DNA of 64,000 nt from the human T2T-CHM13v2.0 reference genome, Homo sapiens: the NCBI RefSeq assembly GCF_009914755.1, contig NC_060925.1; one strand, given 5' to 3'. This document shows positions 45,380 to 64,000 of this stretch, in pieces (within the stretch, counting starts at the first letter, position 1; the number at the start of each line of letters is the position of its first letter). The notes under the pieces were generated by a model. It searched no databases, had not been told where the DNA came from, and saw nothing but the letters and a program-made list of their open reading frames with translations. Made by a program: the position numbers and the translations under genes.

Positions 45380-45941
45380 CTGATAAGGTAAAAAGAAAAC
45401 ACCTGGGCGGCTGGAAGCTGACAGCTAACCACAGTATTCCCAATTGAGCAAACAATTTTGAGAATATAAATACCCAGATAAGGCCACTCTGTGACCATAG
45501 TAGAAGAAGACAGAGATAAGACTACCATGTAAATGTTTCTGAAACTAGAGAAAAGAACTCTCAAGAAACATAAAAAATAATGAAACATCCCCCTCTTCTG
45601 GCTAACACAGATGACTACTATTTTTTAAATCCTCTCACTTCCAAAAAAAAAATGTACCAAAATATCCAACATCTTACTTCCTGAGAGCATCCAATCTAGA
45701 ACTGATCTCTGCTTTCCCTAAACCTTCCTAAGAGTCACCCAGCACAAGCTGAAATCCTATAATAAGATTCTGAAATCCTATAATAAGATTCTGAAATCCT
45801 ATAAGAAAATCCTCCTGGCTCCTTGAGATGACCCACAGTTCTGTGGCTATGGTGCTCTCCTTTGCTGCAGTATGTTAAATAAACCTAACGTTCCTCAGAC
45901 CCAAGTGTGTTCCTATTAGGCACTGACTGAAAGGCTTTGAC
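45380..45941 (+). mobile_element. MER67-like ERV1 solo LTR with an internal 21-bp tandem repeat
   Basis: ccagataaggccactctgtgacc...ctctcctttgctgcag...aataaacctaac motifs. Confidence 0.6.
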
Positions 45942-47039
45942 TTTAAACTTTGTAAAGTGTGTCACGACTTATTGTTTCAGGTGTTTTGTCCCAAGTCATG
46001 GTCCTGTTACCTCTCACTTAGATCAGAACTGGTTTCTTTGAATCCAGTCCTCCATGATACAATTTATTCTACACATTGTTGCTTATTTAATACTTTTAAA
46101 GTCCAATGCTGATCAGACCAATTTGCCCACTTAGAAACATGAGTTACTTCCTACTGCCAGCAAAATCAATTCCATCTTCAAGGTCCTGCATGATCCAATT
46201 CCAGCTTCCCTTCCTGGGACCCATATTAGCCCTACATCCATCAAAACACATTCAATTGCCATTCTTCAAATAGTTCCATGCCTTTTTATAACTGTAGCTT
46301 TGATACTATCTCTTGTCTTAGAAGACCCTCATTTCCTTGCCCAACAGATGCCTACCAACCTTCAAGTCTGACTCAAATGGCACCTCTGGGTTGGAGGTCT
46401 ATGGTGATCACCTGATCTGATTTCCCTCTCCTTTGGGCCCCTGTGGCATTTTCTCTGTGCCTCTTGCTTACTGTATGCTGCCTTATATTGAATGTATTTA
46501 CAGAAAAAACATAGTGGTGAAGTACAGGGAACACTAAAATAGAAAAAAAATGAGCTCTAATATAGGCTCTTATTTGGGAAAAAAGATTTAATATCTGTTC
46601 TGTTTACCTCACAGAGACGTAAAAATAAAATGTAATTAAGTATGTAAAAACAATTGACAATTAAGTGATAAACAAATATATTAATGTATATATTATATCC
46701 GCTATCTCTACTATTACATCAATCCAAGATTAAACAAATAAATTTTAAACTAAAATTGTTCTGAATGCTGTGAAGGAGTGGTACATCATGCTATGTGGTA
46801 ACAGGTGAAGCTGTTCTGGTCAGGAACGTTGGGCTGAGCACTGAAGAAAGAAGGGAAGTTAAGAAGGCAAAGAAGGAGGAGAAATTAGAGTTCAGGCAGA
46901 GGGGACAGCATATGCTAAAGCTCTATGACAAGGAAAAGCATGGCACATTGGGGAAACTGAAAGGTCAATATGACTGATGCTAGCAAATATGAGAAAGTAT
47001 GTAAGATGAGACTATAGTGGTAGTAAAGGCAGCCTATGT

Positions 47040-47541
47040 TTGTAGGGGAACAGTTCCACCATGGCACCATGGCAATTGCATATCTCCATATAGGCCATGT
47101 AGGTAAGACTCAACTGTTGGCAGAATGCCCCATGATCATCCTTAAAAATGGCAAGATAGGTAGTCTTGTGAGGAGCTATCAAAGGCCATTTCACATTTGC
47201 TCCATACCTTGCAGAAGACCCTCGATCTTGCAGAAGACTTGCCATGCGGCAGTTTCTCATCTGCCTCCCTGATTCCACTAAGGTATGGAACTTTCCATTT
47301 TGCCCCTTTCAGATAAAACTGCTTAGCTGAAGCCTAGAGTTCACTTCTCAAAAACAAAGCAACCCACCACTCATGTTGTCTGTCATCTGACCCCCCTAGT
47401 TTGGTATCATCCTGTGGAATTGGGGATGTAAGCAGCTAATACCATGCTGATCTTGCTTTGCCATCTGTGTAAGTAATAAACTGTTTAAATCCATTAGGGT
47501 GTCCTTACCAGCCAAATCTACAGAAGTGAGGCAAGACCACA
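47040..47541 (+). mobile_element. MER74/MER54-like ERVL solo LTR inside an L2 remnant
   Basis: 3' portion gcagctaataccatgctgatcttgctttg...tgtaagtaataaactg. Confidence 0.5.
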
Positions 47542-48349
47542 TAGCAGCTACCACTACATTGCTGCTTAGGGACTGGTTGACCATGTGACCATATAGAACC
47601 TTCTAGGGGATGCTAATGATTTAGATTCTAAGAGCTATGGGAAGCCACTGAAATGTTTTAACCGAAGAGGGGGCACAATCAGATCTGCATTGTGAAAAAC
47701 GTCACCATATAGAGTGTAATATGGAGAACAGATTTGAGATAAGACAGAAAGGATGCAAGAAAACCAGTACAAGTCTAAGCAGAAATCATGGTAACTCCAG
47801 AGTGGTGGTGGTAGTAGAGTTACAGAGAATAGACTGATTTGAGAGATATACAGAAGGTAAAAATATTTTTAATGCAGAATCAAGTGGAGTGGTTTTCTTT
47901 CTTGAGCAGCATATTGCTTCCCCTGAAGTTTTGCAGCCTTCCTTTTTGTCTAGCAATATCCATCTTGTTTCTTTAAGTTCACTCAATAGTTGAAGGGTAA
48001 AAGCAAATACATGGGAATACCTCACCCATTTATTCCCCCCTCATCAATGCCTCCTTCCTTGAACCCTCTATCTGCCTCCTAATGCAATCTAGACCTGTCC
48101 TGTAACTGTCACCTTTGAACTTCCTTTCATTAAGTTCCTGGGCTGAATCTACTACAAATGGATTCTTGGGCTTTTTCTTTCTTGTTTTACTGGTGCTCAA
48201 TTTTGAGCAACTGCCTAAGAAAGGATGTATAAGAATAAAATTTTCTGAATCTTTGAATGTATTAAGGCATCTTTATATTACTTTCATACTTAGTAGTTTG
48301 GCTGGGCATAGAACATAAGGTTGAAAATCATTTTTCCCTTGGAATTTTA

Positions 48350-48517
48350 TTTTTTATTATTACAGTTTTGGAGACAGGGTCTCGCTCTGTCACCCAGGCT
48401 GGAGTGCAGGTGTGAGACCACAGCTCACCGCAGCCTTGAACTCTTGGGCGCACGCACTCCTGCCTTCTCATTCTTCCAAGTAGCTGAGATTACAGGCACA
48501 AACCACTGTGCCTGGCT
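48350..48517 (-). mobile_element. Alu right arm/FRAM inside an old L1M/HAL1-like remnant (~47870-49150)
   Basis: Single reverse Alu arm flanked by a repeated ccc(t)tggaatttta. Confidence 0.75.
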
Positions 48518-49886
48518 TCCCCCTGGAATTTTAAATCAATTGACTTTTAGCATCCAACATTGCTCACAAAAAGACTATTACATTTTTAAATTTTTGTGCC
48601 TCGTAAGCATTTACAATTTTGTCTTTATCCACAATGTTCTGAAATATTGCAATTAGCTTTATTTGTAGACCTTTCATTCATCCTAACTAGCATTAAGTAA
48701 GACTTTTTAATGTGAGGATTTCTGTCTCACTTCAGTTCTGAAAACGTTTCTCAAATTATTTCTTCTGATTTGTTTGTTCTTTCTTGAACACTTATAAGTT
48801 AGATACTGGGTTCTTAAATTGCCCCCCTTTTCTCTTATATTTTCTGTCTCCTTGACTTTTTGCTTTCATTGAGAAGGTATTGACTTTATGTTCGAGACCT
48901 CCGGTTTTCCTTCCAAACATAATTTTTGCTTCTCTGTGCTTGCTCTGGTTCTTTTTATTTTAAAATGGCATCCTATTCAGTTTTGTGGTTGCAATTTAAT
49001 CTTTAATTTCTCGGAGGTTACTAAAGTTTTATATTAGGTTTTATTACATTCCTGAATTATCCTGTTGCTCTTTCATCCATTTTCTATTTCCTTATTTTGG
49101 ACTTTCACACATTCTACATTTTCCTAAAATGTCTCATCACCCTTGGTTGTCTGCCTATAAGGTTCCTATTATATCTCCATTTCACCTATGAGAAAATTAA
49201 TTCTTACAGAGGTTAAGTAAGATGCTCAAGACTATGCTGTTAGTAAGTAGCAAATTTGAGATTCTAATTCAAGGTAGTCTAATTCCAGAGACTGATCTAT
49301 CAACAATTCTCTCTCTAGTTGTACCAGTTGCTTTAGCTCTCCCAGAGGATTCATTTAAGTTATTTAGAGAAGGAACCTATTGTTTTGAGGTGGGAAGACT
49401 TGGAAGAAAAGCTTTGCAAGTTGCTGTTTTAAAATGAAGAATAAAGAGTTGCCTTTGGGTCTTAAATACTAAAGAACTTCTAAAAAAGATGCATGTCTAA
49501 ACGCTGCCACAAGGTGGTGCACAATGACTAAGCACATTTGCTCCCAGTGGCAGCAACTAGGATCTGGGACTCTAATTAGAGAGATTCCGAGGGCTCCCAA
49601 AAATTTCAAGGCAAAGTTGGCAAGTCTTGTCAGGAATGAGGACTGTATGCAAGTTTTGTTTGTTTGTTTATAGAACACTAGCACATGGATACTACCTGAC
49701 GAAATCTTTTTGCTGTATTTTTGTTACGAATGGTACTTTGAAAATAAAAGTGCTCCCTTTACCCTGCCGCCCTCCCTACCTCCTGAGAATTGTCTGAATT
49801 TATCTTATTAGCAAATATAAGCTTACAGATATTGGTAATTAGAAAGATAAGGTTCTCAGAAAAAAAATAATCTAAGCTGTACTCTT

Positions 49887-50179
49887 CTGAGAAAAAGTCT
49901 GGCTCTATCACCTAGGCAGGAGTGCAGTGGCACCATCACGGCTCACTGAAACTTCAGCCTCCCAGGCTCAAGTGATCCTCCCAACTCAGCCCCCTCAGTA
50001 GCTGGGACTACAGGCATGCACCACCACACCCAGCTAATTTTTGTATTTTTTGTAGAGACAGGGTTTGTAAAGACCAGCCATGTTGCCCAGGCTGGTCTCG
50101 AACCTGTAAGTTCAAGCAATCCACCCACTTCGGCCTCCCAAAGTGCTGAGACTACAGGTGTGAGTCACTGTGCCCAGCC
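49887..50179 (-). mobile_element. AluJ with essentially no poly(A) tail
   Basis: TSD taagctgtactctt / taagctgcactctt directly abuts the Alu body. Confidence 0.88.
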
Positions 50180-50852
50180 TAAGCTGCACTCTTAAGTATA
50201 CTCTAAAGATAGCAGATTCCATATTCCATCACTGTCATAATCTGAGGTGCAAATATTTTCATAGTTTTGCCACATATTGTATTAATTTACATGTTATAAA
50301 GTCTCTAGTTCCAAGCATTTAAAGTAAATTTATTAATAATATCAAATAGAAATGTATTGAAAGAAAATACTTAAAATTACTTTAACAGGGTCATTAACAG
50401 GTGGCGGGGCAAGGGTCACTTCTTTAAAAAAAGAAGTCCAGACAATAAATAAAAAATAGCAAGAATCTCTGTCACACTTAGCATAACTTTCTAATTATAA
50501 ATTCAAATAATTTGGTCTGTGCAGAAGCTACTGGAGTATTTTTTTAGTATTACTTTCACTTTTGCAGTTCTCCATTTATGCTAATCATAGATTTATGCAA
50601 TTCATGGTTTTACTTTTTTTAATGATGAGAGAGTCTCCTTTTCATTTTTCTGTCAAATATTTTACTATCATTTTGTTATTTATTTATGCAGAAAAGGAAT
50701 ACACTGAACTGGAGTCCTTGATTTTGCAACTTAATGCACATACACACCAAAGAATATAAAGAAAAGTAGACTGCCTTTTAACTAGTATTTAAATGTACAC
50801 ACAATGTGCCTGAGGACTGGCTTTATCCTTGTATTCATTCAACTACATTAAT

Positions 50853-51178
50853 TATTATTATTATTATATTATTATTATTTTTTTTTTGAGATAGAGTTTT
50901 GCCTTTGTTGCCCAGGCTGGAGTGCAGTGGTGCAATCTCAGCTCACTGCAACCTCCGCCCAAGGCTCAAGTGATTCACCTGCCTCAGCCTCCCGAGTAGC
51001 TCGTATTACATGGGATTACAGGTGCCTGCCACCATGCCCAGCTAATTTTTGTATTTTTAGTAGAGATGGGGTTTCACCACATTGGCCAGGCTAGTCTGGA
51101 ATTCCTGACCTCAGGTGATCTGCCTGCCTTCGGCCTCCCAAATTGTTGAGATTACAGGTGTGAGCCACTGTACCTAGC
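50853..51178 (-). mobile_element. AluS with a (TTA)n tail microsatellite
   Basis: Reverse Alu dimer preceded by (att)n and poly(T). Confidence 0.9.
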
Positions 51179-51502
51179 TCCAAGACATTCATATTCAGAA
51201 TAATACTGCAAATGAAGATAAATGTATTAATGTCAAATAGATTTTCTTCAAATTAAGCAAAGCCTGTAATTCTTATTTAGAATGCATTTAAAGGATAAGA
51301 AGTTTAAATGCCTAATCTTCATATACTGAGAGCAGGCCTGAAAATTTTTTAATTTTTGTTTTTACAACTTAAAAATATGTCTCACATTGCCATATATTAA
51401 AAATAACAAAAATGTTCTTCCTCAAATTATACAAGAATTTTATCTCTTGGAACTATAACCATATGTGAGAAACTGCAGCTAAAAGAATGTTTTCAAAAAG
51501 TT

Positions 51503-51863
51503 TGATATGGTTTGGCTGTGTCCTCACCCAAATCTCATCTTGATTTGCAGCTCCCATAATTTCCACATGTTGTGGGAGAGACCTGGGGGAGATAATTGAA
51601 TCATGGGGGCAGTTTCCCCCATACTGTTCTTGTGGTAGTGAATAAGTCTCACAAGATTTGATGATTTTATAAGGGGTCTCTCCTTTCGGCTGGCTTTCAT
51701 TCTCTCTTGTCTGCCACCATGTAAGACGTGCCTTTCACTTTCTGCCATGATTGTGAGGCCTCCCCAGCCACGTGGAACTGTGAGCCCATCGAACCTCATT
51801 TTCTTTATAAATTACCCAGTCTCAGTTATGTCTTTATCAGCAGCATGAAAACGGACTAATATA
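51503..51863 (+). mobile_element. THE1 (B/C-like) MaLR solo LTR
   Basis: tgatatggtttggctgtgtc...aaacggactaata termini; (a)agtt flanks. Confidence 0.9.
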
Positions 51864-52304
51864 AGTTGTAGAAAGCATGAAAAGAATTTTTCATTATTTT
51901 ATATTCCCTAAGGTGCATGTTTTTGTTTTTATATATAGTCCTATAATTTGATGATATACAAAATTGAAACATTTGTTCAAATTGAAAGCATATTTGGAAA
52001 TAGCCATTTAGCAATTATATTCTCTGAACTAAATATCAGTTTGTATCATTTAATAACACCATTTGACAAGGGATTAGAACAACTGAAATTTGGATTGTTT
52101 TGAAAAGGCCCAAATTTGGTGTCACAGCCTTAGTAGGGTAATCTATTGCCCCTTAATTGTGTCAGTTACTAAGAAAGAGTGTATGTATGTTAGGTTTAGA
52201 GGTATAATTGTGTATCTTTATCCAGGGATATATAAATTTGCATATAAAAATTGAATTGTACAATACGGATGTGCATAAGTTCCTAAGATTTGGATGATTA
52301 CATA

Positions 52305-52755
52305 CAGTAGCCCCCTTCATCCATGATTTTGCTTTCCACAGTTTCAGTTACCCAAGGTCAACTCTGGTCCGAAAATATTACATGAAAATTTTCAGAAATA
52401 AATATTTCATAAGTTTTAAATTGTACATCATTCTGAGTAGCATGATAGAATCTCAGGCTGTCCCACTTCACTCTGTCCTGGATGTGAATCATTCCTTTGC
52501 CCAGCATATCCAGGCTGTATATGCTACCCACCCCTTAGTCACTTGGTAGGTGTCTCAATGATCAAATCGACGGTCATGGTATCACAGTACTTGTGTTCAA
52601 GTAACCCTTGTTTTACTTAGTAATGGCCCCAAAGCACAAGAGTAGCAATGCTGGCAATTTGGATGTGCCAAAGAGAAGCTGTAGTTTCCTTTAAGTGAAA
52701 AGGTGAAAGTTCTTGACTTAATAAGGAAATTATATATATAGAGTTCAGTACTACC
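52305..52755. mobile_element. MER44 (Tigger7-derived) fragment
   Basis: ta|cagtagcccccct end and the cagtttcagttacc...ggtccgaaaatatta motif. Confidence 0.75.
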
Positions 52756-53272
52756 CACAACAGAGAAATATCAGCACCCCTAGAAACTATCTTTCTGTCC
52801 TATTCTAGTCAACTTTGTCAAGAGTAATCTTTATCTTGACTTTTAACAGCACAGATTAGTATATTAGTTTTCTAGGGTGGCTATAACAAAGTACCACACA
52901 CTGGATGGCTTAAAACAACAGAAATTTATTCTTTCACAGTTCTGAAGATTAAAAGTCTGAAATAAGTTGCTGGCAGAGCCATACTCCCTCTGAATTCTCT
53001 AGGAGAGGATCCTTCCTCAACTCTTCCAGTTTCTGATAGCTCTAGACATTTCTTGGCTTGTGGGAGCATAACTATAATCTCTGCCTCTGTCTTTGCATGG
53101 CTGTCTTTCCTCTGTATTGGTATTCTTATGGAGTTTTCTTGGTGTCTGTGTCTTTTTGCCTTTTCATATAAGGACACCAGTCATATTGGATTAGGATGCA
53201 GTCATATTGGATTAGGGTCCACCTTAACTTGATTATATCTGTAAACTCTATTCCAGATAAGATCACATTCAC

Positions 53273-60882
<7,610 letters not shown>

Positions 60883-61106
60883 AAGATCACATTCACAGGT
60901 ACCAGGGATTAGACCATCAATGTATGTTTTTGTGAAACACAATTCAAACCATGAGAGTTAGTAGTGCTTATTTTTGCAATTTATATGCATGGACTCATAC
61001 AGTATTACCTTTTTGTGTCTGGCTTCTTTTGCTTAACTTTATGTTAGTGATATTCATTCATATTGTTGTGTGTAGTCATAGGTAATTCAATCTCCTTGCT
61101 CTATAG

Positions 61107-61324
61107 CAGGGGTTGGAAACTATAGTTCATGGGCCAACCATCTATTTTTGTAAATAAAGTTTTATTGGAATACACCCATGTCTATTCATTTACATATTGT
61201 CTATGGCTGCTTTTGGGTTGCAAACACCTACAAAGACAGAGTTGCATAGATATAAAGAAGATCTATAGTCTGCAAACCAAAAACATTTACTATCTGGCCT
61301 TTTAGGAAAGTTTTCTGACCCCTG
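61107..61324. mobile_element. MER58A hAT MITE
   Basis: TIRs caggggttgg / tgacccctg; ttttgtaaataaagttttattggaa core. Confidence 0.85.
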
Positions 61325-61887
61325 TAGAATTGTATTGGGTCAATATACCACAATTTATTTGTCCATCTAACTGCTGATGAGCTTTTGGCTGGTTTCCATT
61401 TTAGGGCTAATATGATAGTACTGCTATGAACATTCCAAAATACTTCTTTTGGTGAACATATATGCACACTTTTATCTGGTATATACCTAGAAGCAGAATT
61501 GCTCTATCACATAATATGCAAGGGGAATTACTCTATCATAGAATGCATATGCTAAACTTTAATAAATACTGCTAGTTTTCGGAAGTAGTTGTATCAATCT
61601 ATAATCACATTAGTGATTAAGAGTAGTAGTTGTTATATATCCTTATCAATACTTGGTATTTTCTTTTTCACTTAAGTCCTTTTGATGGTTGCACAATGAT
61701 ACAGCAATATCTCATTGTAGATTTTCATTCTCACTTTGTCTAATGAACTTAAATACTCTTTCATAGGTTCCTGACTTTTTGGATATCCTCTATTTTGAAG
61801 TGTCTGTTTAATTGAGTACCCATTTTTAAAATGTTTACTTATACATATAGGAGTTCTTTATATATTATGTAAAATCGTTCTTTCCAG

Positions 61888-62261
61888 TGTATTAATTTGT
61901 TAAGGCTGCCATAACAAAGTGGCAGATTGAGTGGCTTAAACAACTGAAATTTATTGTTTCACAATTCTAGAGGCTACAAGTCCAAGATCAAGGTGTTGGT
62001 AGGGTTGGTATCTCCTGAGGTTCCTCTCCTTGGCTTGTGAATGGCTCTCTCTCATTGTGTCTTCACATGATCTTCCCTCCATGTGTGCCTGTATCCTAAT
62101 TTCCTCTTCTTATAAGAACACCAGGCATATTGGATTGGGGTTCACACTAAGGAACCCTATTTTAATTCAATTATCTTTTACAGACCCTATCTCCAAATAT
62201 AGTCGCATTCTGAGGAATTCAGCATATTTATTTGGGGGTAAACACAATTCAGCCCATAACA
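61888..62261 (-). mobile_element. MLT1B-like solo LTR
   Basis: tgtattaatttg...cacaattcagcccataaca termini; tccag / gccag flanks. Confidence 0.8.
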
Positions 62262-62560
62262 GCCAGGTATATGTATTCCATTTTTTTCCTCACATTCTGT
62301 GAGTTGCACCCTTCACTCTTAATGGTATCTTTTTGATGAACAGAGTTCTTAATTTTAACATAGTCAAATTCATTATGTTTTTATGGTTAGAAAGTTTTGT
62401 GCCCTGTTTTTTTAAAAAAGTCAACCTATCCCAAGGTCTCGAAGACCTATTTTTTCTCCTCTAAAAGTTTTATTGTTTTTCTTTCACATTTAAATCAGTC
62501 ATCTATTTGCAAATAAGTTTTGTGTACAGTGTGAGGTCAGAGTTGACATACAATTTTTTC

Positions 62561-62880
<320 letters not shown>

Positions 62881-63429
62881 CTAGCAGCATTTATTGAAAG
62901 ACTGTCCGTTTTCCAACTGCATGGCACTTCACCTTTGTCAGAAATCAATGACTGTATTATTTGTAGGTGTATTTCTGGACTCTAGTCCATTCCACTGGTT
63001 AATGTGTCTATCCTTATGCCTACATCACGTTCTTATTATCTACTGTTTAATAACAGGTCTTGATATCTAGTAAAGTAGGTTGCCCAATATGTTTTTCTTC
63101 AAGTTTGCCCTGACTACCCTGTCCTTTTGAATTTTCATATGAATTTTATAATTAGCTGGTTATTTCAGAAAAAAAAATGACAACAACAACAAAACCCTGC
63201 TGAAATTGGGATGACACTGAATATAAAGATTAATTTGGGGAGAACTGACATCTTTATAATATTAAACTTTTCAGTTCTTGAAACGGTATCTTAATTAAGT
63301 ATGTTTTCCCTAATTTCCCTTAAACAATGATTTTTAGTTTTCATGTAGTGGTCTTGAGCATCTTTTGTTATTCTATTACAAGGTTGATATTTTATACTAC
63401 TGTAAATGCTGTTTTAGAATTATAATTTT

Positions 63430-64000
63430 GAGGGGAGGAGCCAAGATGGCCAAATAGGAACAGCCCCAGTCTACAGCTCCCAGCGTGAGCGATGCAGAAG
63501 ACAGGTGATTTCTGCATTTCTAACTGAGGTACCGGGTTCATCTCACTGGGGAATGTCAGACAGTGGGTGCAGGACAGTGGGTGCAGTGCACCAAGTGTGA
63601 GCCAAAGCAGGGCGAGGCATCGCCTCACCCGGGAAGCACAAGGGGTCAGGGAATTCCCTTTCCTAGTCAAAGAAAGGGGTGACAGACGGCACCTGGAAAA
63701 TCGGGTCACTCCCACCCTAATACTGCACTTTTCTAATGGTCTTAGCAAACGGCACACCAGGAGATTATATCACGCGCCTGGCTCGGAGGGTCCTACAGCC
63801 ACAGAGCCTCGCTCATTGCTAGCACAGCAGTCTGAGATCAAACTGCAAGGTGGCAGCGAGTCCGGGGGAGGGGCACCCGCCATTGCCGACGCTTGAGTAG
63901 GTAAACAAAGCAGCCGGGAAGCTTGAACTGGGTGGAGCCCACCACAGCTCAAGGAGGCCTGCCTGCCTCTGCAGACTCCACCTCTACGGGCAGGGCATAG
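63430..64000 (+). mobile_element. 5' UTR of a second, probably full-length L1 (L1PA4/5-like), running off the window
   Basis: ggggaggagccaagatggcc start (YY1 site); the ORF0 ATG is intact at 63883-63881. Confidence 0.93.

Overview
This is hominid (most likely human) genomic DNA, not microbial, and it is dominated by transposable elements. The only host gene is the 3' end of HFM1 (Mer3-family meiotic DNA helicase) on the minus strand. I reconstructed nine coding exons by hand (43709 down to 27937). They splice in frame to a 304-aa C-terminus running from the CNHLCKSKHTCGHDCC zinc finger to ...EMKSLLGIFDGIF*, and one intron is GC-AG. Positions 1-27400 lie downstream of the gene and hold a CR1/L3 relic, Alus, a solo LTR2 with a twin-primed L1PA2 inside it, a 4-kb L1PA4/5, an MST element and a full-length L1PA13. 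The large intron upstream of the zinc-finger exon holds a nested stack: old L1M > MLT1 > full-length L1PA3 > old SVA, plus a second L1 5'UTR. The best candidate for an undescribed functional unit is the L1PA3 antisense-promoter/ORF0 cassette. It points in the HFM1 sense direction and has gained a new ATG. Its first splice donor is in phase with the zinc-finger exon, predicting an ORF0-HFM1 C-terminal fusion with no helicase core. This is inference and needs RNA evidence. Most ORFs in the supplied track are L1/Alu/SVA fragments or noise. Gene identity, exon numbers and repeat subfamilies come from recognition, not database searches.
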